In this document: in pieces, positions 1-12,540 of the stretch
Layout: each line of letters starts with the position of its first letter
Position numbering within the stretch: the stretch's first letter is position 1
Translations under genes and position numbers: made by a program
Assembly (NCBI GenBank): GCA_965649765.1
Contig: OZ287753.1
Coordinates: forward strand, 22,568,001-22,632,000
Direction: 5' to 3'
DNA from: Bispira polyomma
Lineage: Eukaryota
DNA: 64,000 bases
Notes under the pieces: model-generated
Seen by the model: only the letters and a program-made list of their open reading frames with translations
Databases searched by the model: none
What the model was told of the DNA's origin: nothing

Positions 1-65
1 AAAAAAAAATGGCCACTGTTATAGAACCAATTTCTGGTGTCCTAACATTTAATAATATGCGGTCT

Positions 66-245
66 CTTTGGTCTGGTGGGTAATACACTCCCTTAAGAAT
101 GTAAAGGAACTTGGGTTTGATCCTGTCCTAGGAATATTAGGTACAGTGAAATTGCATATGACCTAGTGGCTCGGATAACCACTTTAAAATGACCAACCAC
201 TGTCCTATCCCCAGTGGCAGGGCCAGTTACAGAACATTAATAAAT
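66..245 (+). mobile_element. Degenerate tRNA-derived SINE
   Basis: Box-A-like TGGTCTGGTGG, box-B-like GGTTTGATCC, and ggataaccactttaaaatg shared with the SINE at 23185-23498. Confidence 0.5.
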
Positions 246-1338
246 GGTTACTTTCTAGTGTGGGTTTAAAATCAAATCCTGTGGATCTTAGATTGCTTGT
301 TCAAGGCCCTGGCCTGGAATATTGGTGGAGAACTGGCCTTTATAATACCAATAAAACACATGTCCCAGATAATTCCTCCATCCTGGCAAAAAGATTTGCC
401 ATTCCCGTGTCTCATTTACAGTATTTCTGCAAGAAGAAAGACCAAAGAGTGGAAAAAAGACCACCTTGATCTTTGAACCATGTTGATTCGATAAGAGCAG
501 TTTTTTTTTTGTAAATCACATAATAAATAGTGAGGAGAAGGCCCTTTAATGAATGGCTACGTATCACAACACCAATTGATCAGGGCAGCCTAGCGGTTGT
601 AGATCAAAGCCTTTTCGCCTTTGAAGTCAAACTTCTCTCTGTTATGCTTGTCTCTGACTCAAATGCTATGCAGTACATCGCTAATTTGTTCAGGCAAAAG
701 TCTTGGAAGGGAAGGAGTGCAGTGTTTTCTATTGGGTGTGAGATATGCACATTATCACAGCTGATTAATAGAAACACTATTATTAACAAAAATTGATATT
801 TGTGTGGTGATCAACATCGTACAATGAGAAATTTTGATGTTTGGATTATGTTTACATTTGACAAAGTGTTTCGTTTTTGTTTTCTGGTTTTTTTCTTTTG
901 CACAAAGAATAAATTGTGTATAAGTGAACTTTTGACATCTAGACATTGCCTCATACATCATGTGTAATTTTATGGGTCATTGAGGATGCTGGAACTTTAA
1001 GGAACAATGGCTTAATTAGTGTCCTTTTTCTAGTGAATGAAAATTGACATTTTGTGTAAGACTATGGAATTAGTGAAGAGTGTTTAAAGGAGTTGCAAAG
1101 GTCTGAAAAGGTAGAAACCAGACGCTTACAACAGGTCTTCAAAAATTTCTGTTGATTACAATTTATTGGCCATGTTTTATTCAACTTCTACAAAATTACA
1201 GTACCAGTAAATCATATTTCGACTTCAGTTGGTCAGTTTATATTTTAAGCATGTACTCACTCTAAACACTAATAATACAGCTTGCATTTCCCCTCCTTTA
1301 GCTGTACAAGATAAGTAGGGCTTTCATTTTCTTCTCTT

Positions 1339-1929
1339 ATGACCTGGTCACACCTACACATGTTAACGTCCCACAACGTATCAAATCAATATAAACTGAA
1401 AACGTGGTGCTCTTGTCAAAGTGATGTCATTTTCATAAAGAGGGGACTTGATTGTGACGTTTTGTGACGTACCATGATCTTCCGTGACGATGTTGGTACT
1501 TGTACACATAAAGAGGGGGCAAAAAACTGACCCTTTACTGGTAAGATATCACTACCTACTACTATGTACAGCTACGGACTTCTACTTAATGGTGCGTTCT
1601 GCTTCGTTCTGCTACTTCCTCGCTACCTACTACTAAGTAGAGCTACTTACTGATACGTCGATGCTACTTTTGGAAACGTTCAGGGATGAACAGAGAAACA
1701 GGGAAAAACGGGAGCTGTGACTAGTGTTTCAAACAGTTTGAGGCAGTACACGAAAAAGACGAAACGGAGATGTTTCCGGAACGATATTACCCGTTGCAAA
1801 ATGTTGCAAAACATAAAGAAACGATCACAGAATGGAATCCTCACTTCCTAGTACTTTTCAAACCGTTTCCTAAATTCACACAACGTGACACAAACGTAGC
1901 TCTAGAACGTGTAGGTGTGACCAGGACAT
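1339..1929. mobile_element. Non-autonomous TIR element (MITE), about 590 bp
   Basis: TIRs cctggtcacacctacac (1343-) and gtgtaggtgtgaccagg (-1925); CpG-rich interior unlike the flanks. Confidence 0.75.
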
Positions 1930-4900
1930 TGGCTGTATAAGATAAGTAGGCTTTCTATCGAGATAACAACAAAAAGTCCCAGTTTAGGGTACATATTAAT
2001 ATTCTCTCTTTGAAAATAGAGGTCCACAGTTATACTTATATATGTATGTGAAAAAGTTTCTCAGGCATAATTTAAAAACTATTATGGCCTACCCCCATAA
2101 TTTGTTATATAAAACAAGCTTCTCACCTGAAAAAAAATCGGTTAAGCAGGCAGTAGTATTATTAGGAGGGTGAGTGTGGGGCCTTGGCATATGTACATTA
2201 CTGATTCCTTTGATCTTCTCTGTCCAGCTGTGCCTTTCTTGTGATTGCCCAGGTGATATGTGTGTGTGTATGTACACTTCTGAGAGCTCAGATTTGGGGA
2301 GGCTTTTTTCCCCCCAAATGAATTCTTGTCCAGTTAGCCAAGCCATACAGAATGGCCATTTGGGTTTGAAATGATTATTGTCTGTGTGTAGAGGAGATCA
2401 AAGGCTTGGGCTAAATGGCAACAGTTGTAGTGTGTCTAATCACAGCCTAATACACTCAACACCAGTGAAGCTCAGGAGGGAACCTTTTTTTTTATTCCTG
2501 ATGTTTAATAGATAAATAGGATCAAAGCTGAAACCTTTTGTTTTTTAATCATTTGTCTAATTTTGCAACATTTGAAAAGGGTCACCATTTATATGTCATA
2601 ATTCACATAAATGTAACGAAAATTACATTGTGCAAGGGTACTCCTGTTATTCCTTTTGATGATCACTGTGTTATGTAAGTATTGTATACAATGGATATAG
2701 CAATGTAAGGGATTTTAAATGAGTACAGACAAGTTTTTCTATTCATATGTCCTATTAAATTGATAAATATTTTGATGCGGCTCAACTTATATATCCAAAC
2801 TTTGTGCAAGTATATTTTTTGTCCATCACAAAAACTCAGATATTAATCTGAAAAAAAAAAGTGTTCCCAGATTTTTGTGAAGTTTTATCTAGAATGTATT
2901 TGTGTTGCATATTTTTTTGTGGGTAAAATCAAAGTGGAAATGTTATAAAACTATGGTGTGTGTACCCTTCTTTGATGTGATCTTTTTTTCCTCTGAAGTG
3001 CTATCAGCTTTCCTAAGAAAGTCGTCTTGTCTTTTATCTACACATATCTTTGTGGTTACGGTATGGCATATTAATCAGCATAGAAGGCAAGGGCTCTTTA
3101 CAACTTATTCATGTTACCTTGACAAGTATACTTAAAAAGAGAGGGGGTAAGGGGGGGGGCGGTTTTTTTAATGTGAGGATCTCTTTGTAGCTGCACATTG
3201 ACCAGGTTTACTTAAAGAGAATCTCAAGGAGTTACTTAAATATTTAAGTTAGGGTTCTGGTTGTATTTATTAGACCCTATCTAAAAGTCTGATATTACAT
3301 TATAGTCATTCTGTGGGTTCTCTATCTGTTTAAGATACATTGGTTTTCTCTGAATGGTGTTTTCTAGAAGGAGTATCTATAGACTATATAGCTTTATCAT
3401 ATATATTAAGGCAGTATATTTACAAAATTTAATCTTGTTTATATATGTGTTAGGTCTCTTGTTTACCTCCAGAGATATATTGTGCATATATTTTTATATG
3501 TACATTTATTTCTCCCCCTAGGTTTTCGAAACTAGGTGGCTTTGAACCAGTTGAGGTTTGGCATTGTGAGTTGGAAGTTCAGAGAAAACCCAGCAGGCCG
3601 TTTGGTTTGTTTCTGGCTTTGTTTATGGCATATATAGATTACTGATCTTTGATGTTCCTGGAAAGCTTGTTACAAGTGGGGTGGGGGGGGGGGGGGGGGG
3701 CAGGCTGCTATAAGCGGACCACTTCACCTATTTTCTGACCTCACTTCAGCCAAAAAGCCTTTGTGTACTTGGGGTATAGGCACTGGATGTGCCCTAGCTG
3801 GTATTTAAAACTGTATATATATAATACTGAGCCGGTGCTGTAAAGCTACTGCATATATTACCTCTTCTGTATCACCCTTAGTTTTGGTGTTGAGTGTATT
3901 GTGGTTAAGTTTACTGTGGTAATTAGACCATAATTATAGCACTTTGATGTCTTTGTACAAATATCTAATAACAAGGCAGGAGGGGGAGAGTAGTGGTTGT
4001 TTAGACAGAACTCTGTTGTATCTATCTTTGATAGTACCTCTTCTGTATGTATAATCTGAACTTCTGTTATTCCGATACTCATCCTAAGAATACTCATTCC
4101 AAAAAAAAACAATTTAGCTCTCAAATTTACCTTTTTTTGTATGGCACAAGTAAAACATGATTGTGCAGTGAATCAGTGATAATCAGAGTGTTAAAAGTTC
4201 TACATTGTAAGTCAATTATGTTCAAATTATTATTTCTTATCTCATAATATTGATAAAATACCAGCCGTTTTATATGAATATTAGACTTACTTGTACTTAA
4301 AGGTTTCTCAGAACCTCTCTTGAAGTCACTTCCTGTTTAAATTTGTGCCTAATGTACTCGCATTACATATTTTATCGGAACTAAGGTCAACACAGAATGT
4401 ACTAGATTTTGTCCACACCGTATCATACAGGCACTGGTCATTAGTGGTTAAAATTTCAGAACTGACATAAACATGAAAATGTTTTGAAGTTTAAACTTAG
4501 ATCCATCCATAAGGATATACATTTAGAACTTAGAAGTGACCTAAGCTTAAGAGGAGAGGGAGTAGGAAGGAGGTTAGGGGGCGGAGTGGGGGGGATGGGT
4601 CGGCAGTGATCTGTAATAGAAAGTGATAGGATGGAGCAGACTCTCTGAAATTGTCAACAAGTGTCATCAGGACTTCTTTGATACAAAATTAATCTAGCTT
4701 ATAAAAGAACATGTTGCTTTTGAAAAGAAGGTTGACAAAGGTAGAAGGGTTGCTTTGGGACACAGAGCGGGGACTTTTCAAAGGCAGTAAGATTAAAGAG
4801 AGCATTCCCAGTGATATGGTGATAAAAGCCTGGACCCAGCTGCTCCCAGTCTCCTTGGTGGAGAACCCCCTCTTCAGCCCCCTCTTCATCTCTTTGACTC

Positions 4901-4970
4901 AGGGACCTTACCTAGCCTTTACTAATCAACCCCCTAATAAACCACCCCCATCTAGCCTTGCTTCAGGATG

Positions 4971-5130
4971 TACAGTAGAACCTCTATTATCCGAACTTGT
5001 AATATCCAAATACTCAATCTCATGAACTCATTTTGACTCTTGCAAATTTAGATTTACCTGTTCTTTTATACTAAAATATCTCTTTTCTGCATTTGAACCT
5101 TCTATTATCTAAACAAAATCTAGTTCTCTC
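4971..5130. mobile_element. TACAGTAGAACCTC-type Tc1/mariner-pogo-like MITE (partial)
   Basis: TA+CAGT terminus; related copies at about 22393-22570, 31905-32100, 34535, 39615, 43763, 45062 and 50890-50970. Confidence 0.6.
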
Positions 5131-5347
5131 AACATTTTCTTTAGAATTCCTTAGTAAACATTGTCTCTTCCGCCTCATTTCTTTGGCTAGGTTGTCCTTC
5201 ACTAATATACCTTCCATAAGACTCAAACTAGCCTTTCTCCAGTTTGATGTAGTTAAATGAATTCTAGTGATTTGAGTAAACGCCTGAATGACATAATCTA
5301 TTCTTTAACTTCATGAATACTCACATAACCCATGTACCTGTACCTCA

Positions 5348-5530
5348 GGGCTGGTATTCTTGAACATATACTCAGCTTAAACTCATACTCAACTCGAATC
5401 TGGGTTCTCTATAACTCTAGATACAGTAAACATATCTAAAATCTGACTTGATATTTAAATTCAGGGTTAAAAGCTCTATTAAAGCGAGTGGTCATAAGTA
5501 TAGGTTATTTCATCTACAATGATAACTACA
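5348..5530. mobile_element. Partial copy of the CTG-TSD MITE family
   Basis: gtattcttgaacatatactcagcttaaactcatactcaactc is near-identical to the TIR of 24675-24916; the interior matches in inverted orientation. Confidence 0.75.
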
Positions 5531-7239
5531 TGGTCTATTTTGTAGTATATAACTCCTTCTGACAAAGGGAAAGGTCTAGTTACTTACAAGTTACAAGGGT
5601 ACTTTAATTTTCTAATTTATACGAGTATTTAACATGTTATTGGAGTTGTTTCAAATCTAGTAAAGACATGATTTTCTGATAGACTAGAGCCTTCCACCAG
5701 GCCAAGCTCCAATTTATTTTACATCCTATATATCTAAGTTGACTGTTTCAACCTGGGAAAGCATGCAAAAATTTACTACCTTCTCTCTCCCTCTCCCCCT
5801 CCTCATACAAGTTATAACAAATTCATGAACAGAAAGGCTTTGAAGCTGCTTCCTTGAAAGGCAGATTCAACCCTCATTTTTTGATGGGCTCTCAAATCAA
5901 AGGTTAGTAACTGAAGCCAGGATTTCCCCAGAAATTAATGAAAAATTGTAAATGGGAGATGAAAGATGAGAGCACTTGATTCAATTATGTAAGTCTATAT
6001 AGAACAAGAACAGTATCCACAAAATCTTTTTTTCCCCAAACTGCAATTTCTTTCTCAATATACATACCTACCGTATAGCTATTTTTTCGATTAAAGAAGA
6101 GTAAGTAAATTCACTACAATATATTTGGCTTTTTGACTGGTAAAAGAGTGTGTAATATATGTACAATCAACTGCTACTGCTGGAGGTCTGTTTATATTAA
6201 ACCATAAGTGTTAATAAAGTGGTTGGTATTTATGCATTAGAGTATGAAATGTGTACAGGTTATCTTAGGAGATGAATTTCATTTTTTAAGAAAAAAAAAA
6301 AATATTTATTGTGTCCCTACCAGGACTAACCCAAAAGGTTCAGACTGGTGCTGGCCATTTCAAGCTATTGTTGGGCACGATTAAAGGGTCAATGTTATTA
6401 CAAAAGAACAAAGTGAATGGGGTAATTATTCTAAAGGAACAATAGATCATAAACATGCTTAAGATGATGTAATTTAGTGAAGTAGTTGTTAAAACAGGTT
6501 TATAAATTGTAAACATATAGCCTATGCTCTATTGTAATAGAGGGTGGGGGAAGAAGCTTTCATCTCACCTAGTTTTCTTTTGAACCCATGTGGAAATTGC
6601 TTAAAAGAGATTGGATGGGTGTTTGTTTCTGTTTACTGTGTTTTAGCCTTTATAGGCATTGTTAGGTATCTCTATCGTAATATAGGTAGCTTTACTAGCC
6701 TGTATACCTAAAAAAAAAAACACTGAGCATATATGGAGGGAACTATGTACTAAGAAGTGGTGATTACTAGTGTTTTATTTCTTCATTTCCAATTTGACCA
6801 TGGTTTCCTTGAAGACAGGATTTGTACCTTTTGCCTTTATATCTGGGTGAGGCTGTTTGTATTAGTGTTGGGAATTAGTCTGTTGTTTATTTCAGGTTAA
6901 TCTATTTTCCGATTGATGATCGACCTGTAATTGATTATGACCCAATGTTGTTTTTTAAAATATTAAGGAACTCATCATACCTGCCCAGGTTAAATATATA
7001 TTGTCATCCTGTTTGAATTTGGTTAGTTTGACTCGTATACAATAACAAATGTATTTTTAAACATCTTCTGTCTTTTATTAATTTTGTGTATTGATTTCCT
7101 ATTGGTAATAATCTTACTGATATGAAGTAACTATGTATTTTTTAACTTTTTTTGGTTTGATGTCAATCTAATATATTGAATTGTCTTATATGGAGTTAAT
7201 TGTATTAAGTGGTCAGTTAAAGGTGTCCTGTCATTTTAG

Positions 7240-7351
7240 TGATGGAAGAGATGCTCCGTACGGCTCTAAACGATGGAAGAAAAACATGAAAGCGATTCGA
7301 CATGTGCAACTGTCGTCTAATAAAAGGACAGGCCTCGACCAACATATACCT
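7240..7351 (+). CDS. Axin: Axin, first exon visible in window (DGRDAPYG...DQHIP); upstream exons not found in window
   Basis: tttag|T GAT acceptor and CCT|gtaagt donor. 112 nt; the translation aligns to the vertebrate Axin DGIPPYR...PLPHIP segment just before the GSK3-binding region; joins the next exon in phase 0. Confidence 0.85.
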
Positions 7352-7908
7352 GTAAGTCAGGTCTACATCTTGGTGTAATAATCACTATAAGCTGTTCTCT
7401 TTATATTATGGTTTAGGTTATTTATTGTTTGCAAGGCATTACCCTTGAAATATAATTAAAATTGTTGTAAAAAGTTTTTCTAAAGGTGAAATATGTGTCG
7501 TTTATAATATTGATGGGTTGGTTTATTAACACATCAATATCAGAACACAAAAGCCTAAACAATAAATATTGCTGATATCGATAAATAATTTACCCACTAG
7601 TGTAGGTGTCACTTACTTCAAGTGAAGTGACACCGAAATATAGTGATATGGAAACTGAAGTATTGTGATATCTATTTTATAAACTTGTCCAATATTAATG
7701 TACCCAATTTTTTACAGCTAAAATATTGAATTGAAAAAAAAAATTTTTAGCGTTAAAAGTATTTATTAAAGTATTTCCGAAAGGTCTAAAACTCCCAATA
7801 ATCTAAAAATATGCTCAACAGAGGGTGCCGGTCATTGATAAAGTACTTTAAAAATCAACAATGCTGTACAAATTACAATATTGACGTTTACCTGATATTT
7901 TTAACTAG

Positions 7909-8049
7909 CGGACACAGCGTCCAGCTCCCACCGACCGCAACTTAGCAGAAAAAGATCCCAAGGCATTTGCGGAAGTTCTCATCGGCAGGTTAGAAAAGCT
8001 ACTAGAAAACAACGACAGGCTGGAACATGTTAAATCTCTTAAACTTGAG
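7909..8049 (+). CDS. Axin: Axin exon, GSK3-binding helix (RTQRPAPTDRNLAEKDPKAFAEVLIGRLEKLLENNDRLEHVKSLKLE)
   Basis: ctag|CGG and GAG|gtgagc; 141 nt, phase 0/0. DPKAFAEVLIGRLE matches the Axin EPQKFAEELIHRLE motif. Confidence 0.95.
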
Positions 8050-9653
8050 GTGAGCTTTCTTTGTTGTAGTTTCTTCGAGTAAAAGAGATAAGTTAATTTT
8101 AATGCTACCTTTAAATGTTACTTGTGAATTCCAAATTAGGGGTAGTGGGGGGGAGGGGGGGGGGGTTACTGTTGTGGGAATAGAAGTGCTTATTCATATC
8201 CTGTGATTGAATTCTACCACACAAGTACAGATATATAGCAGGTGCTGTTTGAGTGTTTAAATTAAGGCTGATGTAATTTTGCACTTGGCCCAGAGAAACT
8301 TTACAACTCTATTTACATAAACTACAAATATGCAACATTTAGAGTCAGATTAGTTATTAGCCTTTACCCCTAGGAGAGATCTGTAGGGGTTAATTAAAAG
8401 CAGTGCTGACAAGGTTAATTGGAGAAAGCTGTAGCAGTGTAGTACTGGTCCTTTGACAGCAGGTGGTAGGTTATAGTTATTAGAACTACCCCCTAAACAT
8501 GATGGGGGGGTTGTTATCAGAACAAATATAGAGCAATAATGCTTTTACCCCAGAAAGCAGGTATGTCAGTGATTCATAAGAGTGTTATTGTTATAAGGAT
8601 AGTATGAGTATGTGCCTGAGTGTGTGTGTTATCTTTAACCCACTGGGATGACTCTATACATTTCCTTTGTGACCTGTGGTGGACTGGAATGCTAGTCATT
8701 TCACTGTAATTATTATGTTATTGTAATTAGCTGCTGAAGCCCAGTAAAACATAGTGGATTGCTTGGGTTAACCTAAAAGGGTGACAGGGTGGGGTGAATG
8801 GGAGGGGTCAGTTATAACGACTTATTACAAGCCCTGGAAATAATAAGAGTTTATAAAAAAATAAGGACTTTCATATTAGTATCTTTGATCTATGATTGGT
8901 GTTCTTCAGAAAGCGGTATTCAGCTTTCAGTGAGCTTAAGTTGAGCGCAATATCCGCCCTTGTTACCCCGCACATAAAACGCGGGAATATCAAAAGACGG
9001 CCGCCTCTGTAATATGATGGCTGGGGGGTTCCTGTGAACACCCCAGATCAGATGTAATAATCATCGTAGCATCAAACACCAAGTCGGGCCCCTCTTTGAA
9101 GCTACAGTTAACAGAAATAATTATCAAATTAGATGTGGTTTTGTAAGGAGAAGAAGGCTTTGCTCGCTAGGAGCCCTTGAAGGAAGATCACTGGGCAAGT
9201 CGTCTGCATACAACAAAAGACACTTCTCATATCACAGACCCTGGCATCAAAGCTACACTGGCTTTGTAAAAAAGATATCAACGTGAAGCAGCTTTTGAGG
9301 CAATCCCTGTCTCAAAGACATCAAGAGATGGAAGTTCCTCTTTAAAGGCAGGGTGGGGTTTGGGGAGGAGGATGTGGGTTTGAGGGAGGAATGGGGGGGG
9401 GGGGGGGGGCCTGTATATGTGGAGTGGCCAAAAACGTGATTGTGAGGTTTCAATTTCATGTCTATTTGGAAATGGCTCTAATGATATAATGATAGGGACA
9501 TAAGGTTGATTGTTTTAGACAATAATTTTAATGTACCCTGTATACTGGTTAAAACATTAAAGTGATGTTTTCTATAAACACCAAGGCAACTATAATTATG
9601 TATATCAACACAACATACATCATATACATATCACCGCAATTATATAGTGTATA

Positions 9654-9919
9654 CAGTCAAACAAAGTAGAACTATTACAAGTGGAATTACCACTAAAGTA
9701 GAGGTTATTTTAAAGTCACATTGTTAAATTTCTAATTAAAATTTACACTGTTAAACTTCTTTAAGTAGAACTCTGATAAGTAAAATTACCTCTAAAGTAG
9801 AAATTATTTCAAAGTACATTTCTATATTTCTAATTAAAATTTACCCTGTTAAGTGGACCTTCTATAACTAGAACAATTGTTTATGGTCCCTTCAAATTCG
9901 GCTTAACATAATTCAACTG
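9654..9919. mobile_element. TA-flanked CAGT...ACTG MITE with internal subrepeats
   Basis: ta|cagtcaa ... ttcaactg|ta termini; internal duplication of the taaagtaga.../tttctaattaaaatttac block. Confidence 0.6.
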
Positions 9920-9982
9920 TATATCACTAACACAAAGACCATTTCCCTCACAAGTATATATAATATGTAGAAGAGTATATAG

Positions 9983-10245
9983 GGGGCCGCGGTGGCCTAG
10001 TGGTTAGCAAGCATTGCGCTTCACAATCACTGGTCTCTTACCTCTGGGCGGCATGAGTTCGAATCTTAACGATGCCTATGTGAGAAAGGTGGTAGTTCCT
10101 TACTGTGGGCCGCTTGTTTGAGTGCAGAACCTTGATCAACTGTATGCAGTGTTTCCTCCAGCGTTTCCAACTACCCGTCCCAATATTGTCTAAACAGGTA
10201 CTAGAGTAGACGTTATATATCCAAATTCGAAAAAAAGAAAAAAAA
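9983..10245 (+). mobile_element. Full-length tRNA-derived SINE with 12-bp TSD
   Basis: Box A TGGCCTAGTGG, box B GAGTTCGAATC, A-rich tail; TSD aagagtatatag at 9971-9982 and 10246-10257. Confidence 0.9.
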
Positions 10246-12254
10246 AAGAGTATATAGATCCTATAAAAGATATGTGTGGAGCTCTTACAAATGGTCTGAA
10301 ATAAATGCAGGGCCCCCAAAAATAATGGGTGGGGGGGGGGGGGGGGGGGCTATAAACTGAGAGTATGTGGTAATTAGGCCTTGTTGTTGCACTGATAGTC
10401 CTGCTTTGAAGCTATAAATTAATCCCAAAAAACAACTGCTTGTAAAATTGAAGGCAAGTTGCACTCTTCAAAAGCAGTATTATTTCAAACCGCCTTTCAT
10501 CTCTCAATTGGTTTTTTGATTCTTTTTATATTTGGGGCCAGCCATAGATCCACACTTTGTGGTGTGTTGCTGAGGAGTAGACTCTGCTGCCAGTTATTAT
10601 GAGGAGTTATTTATCTAGAGAACATTTCCCCTGCAGTAATGGTGATCCGTGTCCTGAAATTTGGAGTTAACAGAACTCCACCATGTTCAAGACTTAAAAA
10701 ATTTGTAAATAATTTTGTTTGTAATATACATCCGGCTTCTATCAGTAAGCATGCTTTGCCTAATTTTTGCTTATAACTTAAAAAAAACCCTTACTATATA
10801 TAAAGTACCTGGAAGTCTTGAGCGCCAGCGACCACTGCCTTGTCAAATCTACAATGTACTTGTCCTGTTGATTTATGGCTATAACTGAGACCAAAGTCAA
10901 AACTGAGATTTTTGATGGAATAGTTAACACCATTACTATTTATAAATTTATTTCCTAGAAGCCTTTCCTATGTTATGAAAAAAAAATGTTTTGTTTAAGA
11001 TAGACCATTATAACAAATGACCAAGTTTCATTGGAATTTAAAATATTGTGTCTGTTTAAATGGTATTTTATACAAGAGATATTTTTAACAAAAAATTAAC
11101 TGCTTGTAAAGTTGTAATAGGCAGACAAATATTTTAACATTTTCAAAGGTGAATGGGTTTCATTAGTATATTAACCAAAAAAAAAGCAGTGCATGTCTGA
11201 AAGGATAATTTCATCCTACAAAAATCATTGGTAAAAAACTATTGATGTAAAAAAAAAAAAAAAATTTGAACAGTGGCAATAGTGTCATTAAGTAAGTCTA
11301 TTATTGTAAAAGCTGTTTATTCTGTAAATATTTGTTTATTTTTATACTAGTTTCCATGATGAAAGGATGGGCCCCATCACAGATCATTAATATAGGATGC
11401 ATTTAGTGAGGCTAACTGCAGCTTTTAGTGCTGCTTTATTGAGTGAACTAAAAAGGCCCACACAAAGGGGTTTTTAATGCTTTATTTCAGCTGTAGTGAC
11501 TTTGTACAAATACCAGTTTGAGGCTGCAATTAGCTGGATGGTTTGTGTCATCTTCCTGTCTGCAAAGCCGACCCCAGCTAAAATTTATACAATCTCTAGT
11601 TTCACTGACGAGCGTCGCTGATAATTCTAAATCCTAAATTGAGAATTAAGTCAGTAAATGTCAGAGTAGGATGACCAGTTTAAACATTATGAAACAAATT
11701 TAATTAACAATTCATAGAACCATAAACAAATACTGACAGTTTTAGTGCGAGAGTTAAAGAAGTTGCACATGCGTCTTTGAAGATGTGAAAAAGAACCTTG
11801 GATCCTTGTTAAATCTTGGAAGCTGAGGCGCTATTTGTGGGAGTGCCCCCAAAAATTGTTGAGAGAAGAGAAATACTACTGTATTTTTGATGTGTGTTTT
11901 TTTTTATTGAATGAAAAATCGCACACCAGTTCAAAGCAGTGTGAGTGCGGCTTTTTAGTATTATCCAGGGACAATAATCAGCAATTTGGAAGCGTTTGTA
12001 GTCATTGGACTGTGTTATTAAATGGAGAAGATCAAACACCCCACACTCTTCTGTGTTTTCCTTTCATTTTATTTCCAGACAAGGTTGCTGGGGGGTTTAG
12101 GATTGCTGCTTGTGAAGTGGGTACTGCAGCTTTAGGGTTGGCAGTGTAGGTTTGGGGTTACCTGCTGGCTGTTACAGATGTAGTTTTTAGGGTTGCTAGT
12201 CTAGTTGTAGTCTTATTATGTATACAAGGGATTAGTAGTAATTATTTAGAAGTA

Positions 12255-12540
12255 TTTGGGTTTCGGATACGAGATTCTGATATAGTTACTTGATTTAAAG
12301 ATAAGAGATCCCAAGTTGGGTTCTTGGGTTTAGAATAGCAGGTCCATATTTGGGTTTTTGCATTTAGAATAACATCCTGACATGGTTACTTGGGTGTAGG
12401 ATAACATATTCTGACATGGTTACTTGCGTTTAACATTACAGATATTAATATGTTAAATTGGATTTAGGATAACAGATCCTGATTTGGTTATTTGGGTTTA
12501 GGATAACAGATCCTGATTTAGTTATTTGGGTTTAGGATTG
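12255..12540. repeat. Degenerate ~34-bp minisatellite (tttgggtttaggataacagatcctgatttggtta), about 8 copies
   Basis: ggataacag recurs at 12467 and 12501; degenerate units lie upstream. Confidence 0.8.

Noticed and set aside
1-7239. Axin RGS, tankyrase-binding or APATSANDS exons
   Set aside because: I found no matching translation; the short ORFs here lack homology, so the region appears intronic.
9983-10070. tRNA gene
   Set aside because: Has A and B boxes but continues into a SINE body with an A tail and TSD; no clean cloverleaf.
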